A stretch of 64,000 bases of DNA from Eledone cirrhosa (taxonomy: Eukaryota). Positions 43,477-59,342 of the stretch are shown here, piece by piece; the first letter of the stretch is position 1; each line of letters opens with the position of its first letter. The notes beneath the pieces are model-generated. The model saw nothing but the letters and a program-made list of their open reading frames with translations, did not search any database and was not told the origin of the DNA. Position numbers and translations under genes: made by a program. The DNA lies in assembly GCA_964016885.1 (NCBI GenBank), contig OZ024750.1:45818001-45882000 (forward strand). The letters are read 5' to 3'.

Positions 43477-43510
<34 letters not shown>

Positions 43511-43832
43511 CGTTATTCCGGGTTGAATCGGAGGTAACCACAGTAAGTAAGGTACTCAATACATAGCAGAGTATAAAAGTTTTAATATAGAAGAGATTCT
43601 ACAGGACTAGAACTGTTTCATTCTTTAGAAATCATCAGGATTCCTGATGATTTCTAAAGAATGAAACAGCTCTAGTCCTGTAGAATCTCATCTATATTAA
43701 AACTTATATATATATATATAAACAACAGATTAAAGTTTAAGCAAAGAATCGCTGCTTTCACCCTTAACAGGATCTTCTGATTTTAGTCTTCACATTTATT
43801 ATTATTACTATATATATATATAAACACACATA

Positions 43833-43896
<64 letters not shown>

Positions 43897-44035
43897 GATT
43901 GGTAAAAGGAAAAGAAAATGCTGACAAATTGTTCCCAGTGAAAAATAGTTTAATTAGGAATAAGTAAAAATTACTAATAATTATTGGTTAGTATTCAGTT
44001 TTAGTTTTAAGTTTTTATCGGTTGCGCTATTCTTT

Positions 44036-44173
<138 letters not shown>

Positions 44174-45074
44174 CAGAGACAGAGAGAGAGTATGTGTTAG
44201 ATAGATAGATAGATAGATACATATATATACAATATATACAAGTATATATACACATATATACTTGCATATATACGTTTTTACAAATATACATGCATATATG
44301 AATACATATGAGTGTGTGGGTGCGTGTAATTGTACATATATACAAACTTCCTGTCACTGAGTCGGTATATTTGCCCCATGTTTCGCTGACATGGTACATA
44401 AACAGAGAGGGTATACCATAAACTACATGTCAGACACGTGACCCCCAAATGTTTTACTGCCAAAGAACCATTTTTTGAAATGTTCTCCGATGGAACATCG
44501 CGACACGATTGGTAAATGGAAATAACAATAACCAAATGGTGTTGTTTTACTCAGAGAAGAATATATATATATATAAAATGTCTACTATTGGCATATAGCC
44601 AGCAATTTGAGGAGAGGGGAAAGTCGAATAAATCGACCCAAGTGCATTACGGGTACTTTATTTTATCGATCATGTAAGCTATCATCAACGGAATTTGAGT
44701 TCAGAACGTAAAGTGCCGTAACTCTATGCCGAAAAGCATGTTGTCCGGCACTCTACCTATAAAAATTGTTTTCTACTTTTGGCACAAGGCCAGCAATTAT
44801 CCCAGTGCATTACTGGTACTTTATTTTATCGACTCCGTAAGGATGAAAGACAAAATTAACCTCGGCGGAATATGAACTCAGACCTTAAAGGGACGTAACT
44901 CTATGCTACAAAGCTTGGCGTCCCGACCCTCTACTAGCCCCACCTATAATAATATGTGTATACTCTGTTTTTACCAAAGTATTGAAACTTGAACCTGGCT
45001 CACGGTGCCACGGTTCTGCGTTAACTAAATCCAATATTTTAACCGCTGTTTTAGACTAGCTTTTTAAAGAACAT

Positions 45075-45692
45075 TACTCAGCCATGTCCAGCCCCTAACA
45101 ACATCTCAGGAAGAAACCAGACTACAGCTATGGACTAGAAAGCTAGAGAATGTCTCCCCTCCTATTGACATGGGAATCCCCCCTTCGGAAGCCCTCCCTC
45201 CTGGCTCAGAAGCACCATGGATCCAGTGGAAGACACTCAACCGCCTGAGAACAGGAATGGTGTGATCAAAAGCTGCTAAGGCCAGATGGGGCTACAAGAC
45301 CGGCCCAACCATCTGCGAATGCGGAGAGGAGGACCATACGATGCAGCCCTGCCTTGTTTGCCCTCTACTACCCAACCAGTGCAGCTTAAAAGATCTCGCA
45401 GAATTTAATAATTGTTTCTACTTTTGGCACAAGGCCAGCAATTTCCCAATACATTACTGGTACTTTATTTTATCGACCCCGTAAGGATGAAAAGCAAAGT
45501 TAACCTCGGCAGGATTTGACCTCAGATCATAAAGGGACGTAACTCTATGCTTCAAAGCATGGCGTCCGACTCTCTACCGATACTGCCAATCCACCGCCCT
45601 AAAAGAATTTAATAATAATGCAAAGGACTGTGTAAAGAAATGGGAAACTGACATATAACCACATGCTTCGAGGATACGAAAAGAAGAAGAAG
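45075..45692 (+). mobile_element. 3' remnant of Ingi/Vingi-like LINE, interrupted by a SINE
   Basis: Encodes ...PWIQWKTLNRLRTGMV*SKAAKARWGYKTGPTICECGEEDHTMQPCLVCPLLP...DLAEF[SINE]NNNAKDCVKKWETDI*, followed by a (GAA)n tail. Confidence 0.75.
45413..45603 (-). mobile_element. SINE family 1 with 13-bp TSD
   Basis: Full consensus; TSD agaatttaataat at 45400-45412 and 45604-45616. Confidence 0.9.
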
Positions 45693-46037
45693 CACATATT
45701 TTTACTATATATCTCAAATCTTTGACCCGCTATAAGAGAGAGATAAACACGAAATATATCTTTCTTAGTTTATTGTATGTGTCTCTGTAGATTTCACGTG
45801 GTAAAATTGTTATGTTATCAGACAAGTGAATATGAGATATCTTCAGACTTTCTTTCTAGCCACAGGAAGATTTATCATTAATTTTTAGACGTTCGGTAAA
45901 ATATAATACCAACTAAGTATTGGAGTTAATGTAATCATCTATTCTAGCCTTATAACTGTGATCGAAATGATAATTGTAAGTATTGCTTTTAAGATTTAGA
46001 TGTATTAGGAGAATCATTAAATCTTCAGACAAAATAC

Positions 46038-46176
<139 letters not shown>

Positions 46177-46234
46177 AGCTGCTCTTGGCTCGGCTTCTAC
46201 GGTTCTACACGTTCATATTACAGTAAGGACTTGT

Positions 46235-46405
46235 TTGGCAGTATCGGTAGAGCATCAGATCCCGTGCTTTGCAGCATAGCTATGGCCCTTTGCTTTCTGA
46301 GTTCAAATGCATCGAGGTTAACTTTGCCTTTCATCCTTACAGGGTCGATAAAATAAAGTATCAGTAATGCACAGGAGTAATCGCTGCTCTTGTGCCAAAA
46401 GTAGA

Positions 46406-46408
<3 letters not shown>
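46235..46408 (+). mobile_element. SINE family 1
   Basis: Consensus match. A truncated copy also lies at 34386-34502. Confidence 0.8.
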
Positions 46409-46443
<35 letters not shown>

Positions 46444-46753
46444 ATGCTTTGGGAGGGTCATGTTGGTAATAAGAAACACACGCACCAGTTACTTTCACTT
46501 CAATTTATTATAAATTAAATTCATAAATTTAGGAATGTGTGACGAAAGAACTTTGACGATATATGAACAATCGTCTGTTTGTGGAACCAACCAACCAACC
46601 AACCGGAAATTTATAAATTTAATTTATAATAAATTGAAGTGAATGCATCTGGTGCGTGTGTTTCTTATTGGCAACATGACCCTCTCAAAGCATAACAATA
46701 TCGGTTTCAACACACATTTTCAGATAGAGAATCTTGTTAAACAAATTCAGAAA

Positions 46754-46927
<174 letters not shown>

Positions 46928-47244
46928 TAGAACTACAAGTGAAGTCATTACTTTCATTTTTTTAAATATACCTAACTATACCATGGATTTCACACATTTC
47001 AATTGCCGGCTTTGCCACATTAAACAAAATGTTTGGCCAGTCAGTTTCCTGTATACGAGCGATCAATGGCCGGCTTTGCCACATTCAAACTGACTGGCCA
47101 GTCTGCTGATATTCAAATCTGGCTGACCAGTGGATCTGCTAATATGCAAATCTGACTGATCAACCAGTCTGGTAATATGCAAATCAATTCGATCAGTCAC
47201 TGTATAGTTTAGAAACAGCATCTATTTTTACTAGCACTGACAGT

Positions 47245-47294
47245 GAGCTGTACTGATGAAGGATGATACCCAGAAATATTAGTGTCTGCAGTTC
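47245..47294 (+). ncRNA. Minimal type I hammerhead motif
   Basis: gagctgta-CTGATGA-aggatgataccca-GAAA-tattagtg-TC-tgcagttc: 8-bp stem I with wobbles, quasi-palindromic stem III. Confidence 0.75.
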
Positions 47295-47478
47295 TGTTTC
47301 CATGCCTATACAAGAGCAAGAATGAGGGTTCATTCTACTGACATGGCTTTAAAAATGAGGCTTGTTTGCATAATTGCAAACGAATAGAATATTATTATTA
47401 ATATTCTAAAAACTCAGATGACATTTATTGTACTCAGCCATGTAGAACGAAATTTGTTTTTCTTTACAATATATATAT

Positions 47479-47675
47479 ACAAAGAAAGTGTGCTGAGAAA
47501 CCAGGTGGACCATAACGCACCACAGTACTCGATACTTAGGGTAGTAGAGTGGGTAATAGGAAAAGAGTCAGGACCCCGATGGCTGAGCTCCGGCCGTTTC
47601 GACAGCTAGGTCCAACAGTTCGGATCTAGTCGAAACGGTCGGAACTCAGCCGACGGGGCCCTGACTCTTTTCCTA
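47479..47675 (-). mobile_element. Family A subfamily 2 fold-back element (fragment also at 58775-58838)
   Basis: Same terminus as family A with variant stems (ggatctag...cgaaacgg...ctcagccg..ggggccctgactcttttcc). Confidence 0.7.
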
Positions 47676-48236
47676 TATATATATATATATATATATGTAA
47701 TATAAATGTGAAATGGGCGAAAATTGTCTGATACAGGCAAAAGGGTAGTACCAATGCTGTGATCGTTATAAAAATTTACACATTAATATAAAAGGTGCCG
47801 AGGAAGCGACAGGTCAACTTGGGGTTCTCTAAATTGAAAAATGTCTTCTCTGGGGCCCCAAAACGGTCTTGTTCTATCGATTTTACCCCTCTATAGTTTC
47901 TTAGCTTTACTCACTCCGTCGCTTTTCCCTCTCTCTATAATAGATCATTCCCCCTCTCTATAATTTAACTGCTTTACTCTCTCTGTCGCTCTTCACTCCC
48001 TATATGACAACACTGGAGAGAGAGATAGGCCGTTAGACAGAGAGAGATACAATTAAAGTGTTAGATATTCAGAGAGAGAGAGAGATAGGGGGGGGGGGGA
48101 AGAGAGAGACAGACCGGGACCATCAAACTTTAGTTAACTTTCAGTAACGTGTTATATATCTTTGATCAGTCGTCGCTCGCATAGCACACACACACATACA
48201 CACGATACTTATATAAAGCTGCGCTTCGTGTGTGTG

Positions 48237-48270
<34 letters not shown>

Positions 48271-48529
48271 TGTATGTATGTATGTATGTATGTATGTATG
48301 TATGTATGTATGTATCCTACACACCTCCCTATACTATTTAACCTAAAATACTTTATATCCATCTCTTAGTGAAGCATTTTCAATTCATTATACGTAAACA
48401 ATGACATTAATTTTTCGCTTTTAGCCTAGCATTTTACATTCAATGCCTCCCTTTTTTAATGCAACTTTTTATTGAAACAACTACGTGCTCTCAGTGGTTC
48501 AGTATTTAACCTAAAATACTTTTACACTG

Positions 48530-49709
48530 CTTCTATAGTATGCCTCCAGTGGTATTGCGGCGACATAGCAGTCGTACGGCACACTCCACATTCAAATTGC
48601 CTTTGGACATTGCAAAGAAGGAGAATCCTACATGTAGAATGGATCGTGGCGACCCTAAAAACATCTTTTTTCTGAGTGCTGCCTGATCATATGATACGAG
48701 GCTAGCATGAGTCACAAGGCGGCCTTTGAGGCTCTGGATCGAACTATCAAGGACTTGCGTCGGAACTCACGCGTCATGGGTGGAGCAACAGTACTGCTGG
48801 CTGGCGATTTCCGACAGACTCTTCCTGTTATCATTAGAGGCAGTAGAGCTGACGAAGTGAACGCATGCATCAAGTCGTCCTACGTATGGCAGTATGTCCA
48901 CAAACTAGACCTGACTACCAACATGAGAGTGCATGTGCATGGTGACGCAGACTCCATCGATTTCTCAAAACATCTACTGGAAGTTGGTAATGGAACTGCA
49001 CCTGGAGTGGATGAAGAGCATATCCGTTTGCTTTTTGGGAACTTTGTGTCAAACATTGACAAATTAATGTCATCTGTATTTCCAGACCTTGAATCACGAT
49101 TCCATGATCACATCTGGCTGAAAGGGAGAGCTATTTTGGCACCACACAATGCAACTATTGACGTGATGAACCAAAAACTACTCGATCAGGTTCCCGGAAA
49201 TGAAGTCTCCTTCAAGTCAATTGACACCAATAAAAACGCGGACGACGCCGCCATCTACCCAATTGAATTCCTCAACAGTCAACTACCTCCAGGACTTCCT
49301 CCTCGTGACCTGAAACTGAAGGTTCGTGTGCCAGTTATGCTGCTGAGAAACCTGGATGCACCAGCACTATGCAACGGAACGCGTTTTATCATCAAAATTA
49401 ATAAGGACCCAAATTCTGGACACAACCATTTTGAGCGGACCCACTGCTGGCGTGACCAGGTTAATTACCCCTATGAGCCTTAGTCCCTCTGACGTGCCCT
49501 ATGAATTTACGCAACGGCAGTTTCCCATAAAACTCTGTTTTGCAATGAGCATTAACAAAGCACTAGGACAAAGGCTGGAAGTGGTTGGCCTAAATCTAAC
49601 ACAGCAGGTATTTGCCCATGGTCAACTATACGTCGTATGCTCCCGCGTCGGCAGTCCACACAATCTCTTCATTTGTGGTAACCCGGGCAACACCAGGAAC
49701 GTTGTCTAG
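48530..49709 (+). pseudogene. Helitron RepHel PIF1-family helicase domain, disrupted
   Basis: Motifs ASSGIAAT / RTAHSTFKLP, MSHKAAFEALDRT, GDFRQTLPV, LTTNMRV, RAILAPHN, YPIEFLNS, VMLLRNLD..LCNGTR, RQFPIKLCFAMSINK, VFAHGQLYVVCSRV. Stops upstream of 48707 and a frameshift near 49390. Confidence 0.93.
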
Positions 49710-49809
49710 AAAGAAGTCCTGCAATAACATCTTTGAACCCTACTCCACCCAACGTCTCTCTGTCAAACCACTCTCTTCACGTCGCCCCTCAACATATTAA
49801 CTTAATAAC

Positions 49810-49854
49810 GAGTGGCCCTGAGTAGCCCCCAGTGCAACCGGGCTCAGCTGATAG

Positions 49855-49856
<2 letters not shown>
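49810..49856 (+). mobile_element. Probable Helitron 3' terminus
   Basis: GC hairpin gccc...gggc followed by tcagctgatag|t (degenerate CTAG), about 120 bp after the helicase stop. Confidence 0.55.
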
Positions 49857-49869
<13 letters not shown>

Positions 49870-49887
<18 letters not shown>

Positions 49888-50040
49888 GAGAATGTCTGTC
49901 TATCTGTCCGACTGACTCCCTAAGACTCGAGATCCAATCCACCCAACCGATTGTTTTCAAACTTTACACATGTAATACTTATGGCCCTGTGAGTCCTTTG
50001 GGCAATGAATATTTCAAATTGTCGAGGCCCTAGGGACCGC
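49870..50040 (+). mobile_element. Probable non-autonomous Helitron 5' region
   Basis: tatataaaacagagaatgtctgtctatctgtc...ccaaccgattgttttcaaactttacaca, resembling invertebrate Helitron 5' ends that carry (CTGT)n. Confidence 0.5.
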
Positions 50041-50450
50041 ATTAGGCGATTTAGCGATCTCTTTCTATAATTCTTAGTCTTTCTTTTTTGATAGATACAT
50101 AAATATAACATTGCACCCTTATAATATCTGTCTGTATGTCTTCCTGATCGTAATTTTTCGGTCGTATGGGTGATTTTAGACATAATCTTTGTGTGTTGGT
50201 ATTTTAACGATAGTTATAGCTCTGATTTATCTGAATTATTGAGCCCTCTGCCACTCATGTCGAATTTTGTTTATCGTGAACTCGTGCGCCGATTTTTCGA
50301 TACTCGATTATTCTACTATATATATATATATATAGTTAGGGAAGCAGAAAAGTGCTTATTGTGATCCAGTTCGTGGTTAAGAAAGCCAGTTTCATGAAAT
50401 CCTTCTCTTAATGCTTACCTCTGTTTTCTCTTTTATATATATATATATTT

Positions 50451-50515
<65 letters not shown>

Positions 50516-50519
<4 letters not shown>

Positions 50520-50697
50520 AACGAGTAATACCCCGACGGCTGAGCTCAAGCCGTTTCGACGGTTAATTCTGGACCGTCGAAACGGCTTGAGCTCAGCCGT
50601 CGGGGTCCTACTCGTTCCTATCACCCACTCTACTACCCTAAATATTGAGTACTTTGGTGCGTTATGGTCCACCTGGTTCCTTACCACATTTCCTTCG

Positions 50698-50700
<3 letters not shown>
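50516..50700 (+). mobile_element. Family A fold-back element
   Basis: Inverted arm plus family terminus; TA-flanked. Confidence 0.8.
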
Positions 50701-50743
<43 letters not shown>

Positions 50744-51170
50744 ATGCTATCTGAAAACTGAGTCACTACACGATTTTCTCATGCTATTATCATAATCATG
50801 GTAAGGAATCTCTGACTAGATACGAACATTTTAAAATTGCAAATCATAGATGCCATAAATTCAATGTCCACTACTAGAAACATGTTTTAAAATATTCCCC
50901 AAATTTCTAGTATGCATATTTTTCTGGAGTTAAACGTCCCCAAAAGTGAATTTTGGGCTGAAGATTACAAATAATATTCCAGATACTTGTATTTCCACTC
51001 ACCACATTTAAATGTGAATCTCGACTTTTATTTTCTACTGCTTTTCAATCACTCTTAAACCTATTCGTGAATACTTTCTTTGTTTGTTTTTTTCATATAT
51101 GTGATAAGACACACATACACACATACAGACGCAAATAAACACACACCCACTGACACACACACATACCCTC

Positions 51171-51201
<31 letters not shown>

Positions 51202-51739
51202 AAAAAGAAAAATATATATATGTATACATATTTACATACACACATACTTTAATATATTTACATACTTACGTATATACACATATAGTATGTGTGCACATAA
51301 ATATGTATATATACGATTCTTTCTTCCATTGACACTACCAATTTTTCTTTCATTGTATCTCCTCCTCTCTCTCTCTCTCTCTCTCTCTCTCCTTATGTAT
51401 CATTCATTATGTCTATAAGTTTGGTCGTCACCCATTTCCACATTTATTCCCATTTATTTATGTATTTAACTATATATCATATATACTGGAATGTATGCAA
51501 TTTTCACAGAGATCAAACTTTACACTCATCCCCATGATAGGTCGTGATTACAATTTGTAATTGTATGTGGTATCATTTTATTTTCCTTACATATCTATCA
51601 GCATTTGTTGTTGGTGATGCTGGTCGTTGTATCACTTGTGATTGCGGAAATTATAAAAAAATGTTTCTTTATTAAAAACATCACTATCTATACATTTAGG
51701 AAAAATGAAGCCATCCAATCAACACGAAAATACTTAAGT

Positions 51740-52400
51740 TACATCATACTACACTACACCACACTTCACCACACTACACCCGATTACAACACACTACACC
51801 ACACTTCACCACACTACACCCCATTACAGCACACTACATCACACTACACCCCATTACAACACACTACACCACACTTCACCACACTACACCACACTACACC
51901 ACACTACACCATACTACGCCCCATTACAGCACACTACACCACACTTTACCACACTACACTACACTACACCACACTACACCACACTACACCACACTACATC
52001 ACACTACACCCCATTAAAGCACACTACACCACACTTCACCACACTACACCACACTACACTACACTACAACACTACACCGCATTACAGCACACTACAGCAC
52101 ACTTCACCACACTACACCACACTACACCACACTACACCACACTACACCACACTACAGCACACTACACCACACTACACCACACTACACCACATTACAGCAC
52201 ACTACACCATACTTCACCCCATTACACCACACTACCCCACACTACACCACACTTCATCACACTACACAACATTACACCACACTACGCCACATTACGCCAC
52301 ATTACATCACATTACAAGATATTGCTACAAATTATTCCATACACCTACACTCCCTCCCCACTACACCACTACGCCACTACACCATTATACCTCATCAAGC
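51740..52400. repeat. 5-bp-based (CACTA/CACCA) satellite
   Basis: acactacacc repeats; the His/Thr-rich ORF is an artefact. Confidence 0.9.
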
Positions 52401-52892
52401 TACACTTCATCAACATCACACCTAACAATCTACACCATAGTTAACAGCGAACTAAAACAAAATCAAACAATATATCATATTTAATTACATGGCTAGTTAA
52501 GTAATTCTGCTTACGTATGTCCAGAATCGTAGTTAATTCAACGTAACAACAACTACAACTGCAACAACTACAACAACAACAACTACAATTACAACTAAAA
52601 CAACTACAACTACAACAACTACTACAATAACAACTACAACTACAAAATCAACAATAATCATTGCAAATACTACAATAGAATTAGTCAAAATGTTAAAAAG
52701 GTTTTGAAACAACGCTAAAATAGGAATAGAGATTAAAAAAAAGCAGAGCCAAACAAAATTAACCTCAGAAAACAGAGTTGAATATATATTAAGACTTGTG
52801 ACAATCTACTTTTCTGTGTTGGACAATATCCTTTGAAGTCTGTAAATTCTTATTATCGTCGTCCCTCTTCTGCTTCACCTCCTCCACTTCAT

Positions 52893-53540
52893 TCTCCTCC
52901 TCCGCCGCCTTCTGCTACATCACCTCCTCCGCCTTCTGCTACATCACCTCCTCCGCCTTCTGTTACATCACCTCCTCCGCCTTCTGCTACATCACCTCCT
53001 CCGCCTGCTGCTACATCACCTCCTCCGCCTTCTGCTACATCACCTCCTACTGCCTTGTCTTTCGCCAGCACATTCTTCTTCTTCTTCTTCTTCTTCTTTG
53101 TCGTCTTCTTCTTTGTCTTCTTCTTCTTCTTCTTCTTCTTCTTCTTCTTCTTCTTCTTCTTCTTCTTCTTTGTCGCCTTCTTCTTCTTCTTTGTCGCCTT
53201 CTTCTTCTTCTTCTTCTTCTTCTTCTTCTTCTTCTTCTTCATCTTCTTCTTCCTCTTCTTCTTATTCTTTGTCGCCTTCTTCTTCTTCTTCTTCTTCTTC
53301 TTCTTCTTCTTCTTCTTCTTCTTCTTCTTCTTCTTCTTCTTCTACTTCTTCTTCTTCTTTGTCGCCTTCTTCTTCTTCTTCTTCTACTTCTACTTCTTCC
53401 TCTTCTTCTTATTCTTTGTCGCCTTCTTCTTCTTCTTCTTCTTCTTCTTCTTCTTCTTCTTCTTCTTCTTCTTCTTCTTCTTCTTCTACTTCTTCTTCTT
53501 CTTTGTCGCCTTCTTCTTCTTCTTCTTCTTCTTCTACTTC

Positions 53541-53572
<32 letters not shown>

Positions 53573-53779
53573 CTTCTTTGTCACCTTCTTCTTCTTATTC
53601 TTCTTCTTCTTCTTCTTCTTCTTCTTCTTCTTCTTCTTCTTCTTCTTCTTCTTCTTCTTCATCGGTTGTCGCCCTTTCGTTGCCGCCCTTTCGTCACCGA
53701 CGTCGTCATCGCCTTCTTCAGCCTCGCCATCGCCACCGTCTTCCTCCTCTCCTTCAATCGTCACCACCGTAGCCCCCCC

Positions 53780-53810
<31 letters not shown>

Positions 53811-53836
53811 CATCATCATCATCATCATCATCATCA
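52893..53836. repeat. 21-bp minisatellite (cctcctccgccttctgctacatca-like, 21-24 bp) followed by (CTT)n and (CAT)n arrays
   Basis: Visible directly. Confidence 0.9.
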
Positions 53837-54160
53837 GCTGATTCTTGCCACATATTTCTTTGTTAATATTTTCTTCATCACAATTTATTTCCTTTTGTGT
53901 GATTACCAAATTTTTGTCACATGAATTCATTTACTTTGATTCTCAGAAATTACAAGCGCAGAATGTATGGCTGTGGCTTTTTCAAATACATCGTTATCAC
54001 TAGCTCTGCTATTATTCCCTGTCTCTGAGAAGCACCAACAGATGCCAAACCGTTAATCAGCCATAGATGTCTTTTGAATCTTGTATAAAACTACTTATAT
54101 TTGACGCTATATTTTATTTTCTGGTTCCATTACTTAAATACACGATAGTACGTACGTAAT

Positions 54161-54261
<101 letters not shown>

Positions 54262-54370
54262 ATACTTCTATACATGCGTACATACATAGGTTGTGCATAT
54301 CTATATATATATATATATATATCTCTTTCTCTCTCTCTCTATATATATATATATAAATATATATGTACAC

Positions 54371-54419
<49 letters not shown>

Positions 54420-54496
54420 TATATATATATATATATAAATATATATGTACACATGCATATATATATACACATATATATACATATATATATGTATAA

Positions 54497-54577
<81 letters not shown>

Positions 54578-55076
54578 CATGCCTGTGTGTGTGTATTGAA
54601 AAAGAGTGAGAGAGAAAGAGTGCACGTATGTATATGTATATGTATATATATATGTATATATATATATGTATATGTATATAGACATATGTATACTTATGTA
54701 TACATATGCATATATGTGTATATAGATAGAAGCACATTTGGATTTTTGCAGATCGAATCGTCAACGATTATTAGATTGCAAATTTTACCTTAATAACACC
54801 AGCAACAACAATAACGACAATTCTGAAGAACAACAACAAGGAGAACAACAACAACGAGAACAACAACAACGAGAACAACAACAATAACATATTTACATAT
54901 AGCATCATCATCTTTATCTCATTTTCTCACGGGTTACTATCATCAGATATCCATTGCAAACAATAATTACGCTTTACAGTTCAACGAGATTTCGGCGAAA
55001 GATAAATTTGTTAATATAACTTCGTAGAGCTGTCATTAATGTGCTTCTTAAAGTTGATGGCATATGTCATTATGTT

Positions 55077-55260
55077 GTCTGTTGTTGGTGTTGTTGGTGT
55101 TGTTGTAGGTGTTGTTGGTGTTGTTGTTGGTGTTGTTGGTGTTGTTGGTGTTGTTGTTGGTGTTGTTGGTGTTGTTGGTGTTGTTGTTGGTGTTGTTGGT
55201 GTTGTTGTTGGTGTTGTTGGTGTTTTTGGTGTTGTTGGTGTTGTTGGAGTTGTTAGTGTT
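55077..55260. repeat. (GTT/GGT) repeat
   Basis: Visible directly. Confidence 0.9.
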
Positions 55261-55357
55261 AGAGAACATACTAAGTTTTTTGTAACCTTGCATTCGCCAT
55301 GCGTGTGTAGAGAGGCGCTGTGTGTCTCACCGTATAAATGTGCAGTATATATGTATG

Positions 55358-55453
<96 letters not shown>

Positions 55454-55469
55454 ATTATATATATATATA

Positions 55470-55571
<102 letters not shown>

Positions 55572-55582
55572 TATATATATAT

Positions 55583-55743
55583 AGCGAAGGAAATGTGGTA
55601 CGGAACCAGATGGACCATAACGCACCAAAGAGCTCAATACTTAGGGTAGTAGAGTGGGTAATAGGAACGAGTAGGACCCCGACGGCTGAGCTCAAGCCGT
55701 TTCGACGGCTTGAGCTCAGCCGTCGGGGTCCTACTCGTTCCTA
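55583..55743 (-). mobile_element. Family A fold-back element
   Basis: Family terminus plus an inverted arm ending ctcgttccta(TA)n. Confidence 0.8.
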
Positions 55744-56068
55744 TATATGTATATATACATGTGTGTTGGGTGAATTCATTAATTGTCTGCGTGTGTAAGG
55801 AACCAGTGTGTGTCTGAATGTATATATGTATATAATAATATATATATATATGCATATATATATGTATGTGTGAGTGGGAGGGTATTTCTGTATATGTGTG
55901 TGTGTGTGTGTGTGTGTACGTATGTGCGTGTGGCTGTGTCTCTGAATGATTTCACTATATTTTCATTTAGTTTAGTCACTGTTGCGTTTTGTAGCATTAG
56001 AAACTGTTGTACGCCTAATTATATGTATATGTTTATGTATGTATTCGTATATATACACTCATATAGGT

Positions 56069-56195
<127 letters not shown>

Positions 56196-56214
56196 TGCAC
56201 GTATATAAATATAA

Positions 56215-56271
<57 letters not shown>

Positions 56272-56303
56272 AAACTATATATATGCATGTGTAGCCTCAT
56301 ATA

Positions 56304-56335
<32 letters not shown>

Positions 56336-56519
56336 CTCATATATATATAGTCTCATATATATATATATATGAGACTATACAAGCATACATGCATACACAC
56401 CTACATATATACATACATACATTCATACATATCTACATACATACGTACCTACATACATACGTACACACGTATACATACATACATACATACATACATACAT
56501 ACATACATACATACATACA

Positions 56520-56555
<36 letters not shown>

Positions 56556-56619
56556 TAGATTCACACACAATTTTGCAGTATAATCTGAATGTATGGGAAC
56601 AAAAATGTATAGGCACGTA

Positions 56620-57515
56620 AGACTGTGTATGTGTATGTATATATGTGTATGTATATATGTATGTATGTGTATGCATGTATGTGTATGTATGCATATATGG
56701 GTATGTATATATGTATGCTTGTCTATGTATGTATGTATATGTATGTGTATGTATATATGTGTATTTATATGTATGCATGTGTATGTATGTATGTATGTGT
56801 ATGTATGTGTATGTATATATATGTATGTATGTATGTTTGTATGTATGTGTATGTACATAGTTGTATGTATGTGTGTCTATGTGTATTTGTATATGTGTAT
56901 GTATGTATGTATATATGTGTATGTATGTATGTATGTGTATGTATGTGTATGTATATTTATGTATATATGACTATGTATGTATGTGTATGCATGTATGTGT
57001 ATGTATGTGTATGTATATATGTGTATGTATGTATGTATGCATGTGTATGTATGTATGTATGTGTATGTATGTATGTGTATGTATGTGTATGTATATATGT
57101 GTATATATGTGTGTATGTTTGTATGTATGTGTATGTACATATTTGTATGTATGTGTATGTATGTGTATTTATATATGTGTAAGTATGTATGTATAAATGT
57201 GTATGTATGTATGTATGTATGTATGTATGTGTATATATGTTTATGTATATATAACTATGTATGTATGTGTATGCATGTATGTGTATGTATGTGTATGTGT
57301 ATGTATGTATGTTTGTATGTATGTATATGCATGTATGTGTATGTATGTGTATGTATGTTTATGTATATATGACTATGTATGTATGTGTATGCATGTATGT
57401 GTATGTATGTATATATGTGTATGTATATATTTATGTATGTGTATGTATGCATGTATGTATGTATGTGTATATATATGTGTATGTATGTATGTATGTGTCT
57501 GTATGTGTATACGTG
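56620..57515. repeat. Degenerate (TATG)n satellite
   Basis: Visible directly. Confidence 0.9.
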
Positions 57516-57996
57516 TGATTATCTACAATGTATCCTAATTTGTAAATTTTATAATTCTGCCACATAGCCTACCTGTAATAATCAAAAGATCAAAGGCATC
57601 GGTTCGTGATGCCTGGTAATTGCATTGAATATAATATGTGTCTAAACCTAAACGTCGTTTTATGGAATCTCACATTTACTTACCAGTGTAATGGCTGGCG
57701 GGAATGAACCAACGATGTGATATAATAATTTCTACAGAGGCGACTGGCATTTAGCCAAAAATTAGACTGATAGACACATGGATAGAAGAGTTAGGGGAAG
57801 TAGGGAAACAAGGGAGGGACCAAGAGATGTGAAAGGTAGTGAAATAGATACATATATATATGTATATATATATAGTAATAATAATAATAATAATAGTAAT
57901 AATAATAATAAATTTGAAGACTAAAATCCAAAGAGGGCTCGATAAGGATAAATATATATCAAATATATAAGAACCGTAGAGCAAATATTTTAATAA

Positions 57997-58049
<53 letters not shown>

Positions 58050-58159
58050 GGTGTGTGTGTGTATGTGTGTGTGTGAGTGTGTGTGTGTAGATTATTAGAT
58101 AAATATATAGATAGATAGATAGATAGAGAGATGGGTAGGTAAATAGATACCTACACAGG

Positions 58160-58261
<102 letters not shown>

Positions 58262-58406
58262 CGTGTGTGTATGTGTGTGTGTGAGTGTGTGTGTGTGTAG
58301 ATTATTAGATAAATATATAGATAGATAGATAGATAGAGATTAGATAAATATATAGATAGATAGATAGATAGAGAGTTGGGAATGTAAATAGATACCTACA
58401 CAGGTA

Positions 58407-58476
<70 letters not shown>

Positions 58477-58674
58477 GGGCTTGGTTTGAGTGTGTGTATA
58501 TTTAACTACGTGTATGTAAAGTATGAAAGACTGATAGAAAAGTAGTTTGGAATTAGAGGGTTTCTGTAAAACGATGTAAAAACAGAAATAGTAAGATTAT
58601 TTTGTAAGGTGGAGGAAACGTGAAGCGGAGTCAGAGAATGTGATGGGTTGTATAAATAGGAGTGAGAGAGGGAG

Positions 58675-58748
<74 letters not shown>

Positions 58749-58839
58749 TATACTTACACACTCATATACCAGCAGGGTTTGTTCGGATCTAGCTGCCGAA
58801 ACAGACGGGTCTCAGCCGTCGGGGCCCTGACTTTTTTGC

Positions 58840-58892
<53 letters not shown>

Positions 58893-58893
58893 T

Positions 58894-58942
<49 letters not shown>

Positions 58943-58953
58943 GTATATATATT

Positions 58954-59342
<389 letters not shown>

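Noticed and set aside
48707-49483. Host PIF1 helicase gene
   Set aside because: Intronless and disrupted, with Helitron-type motifs and a Helitron-like 3' terminus.
51605-52444. His/Thr-rich 279-aa ORF with signal-like start
   Set aside because: Derived from a 5-bp satellite, with a non-ATG start and no coding evidence.
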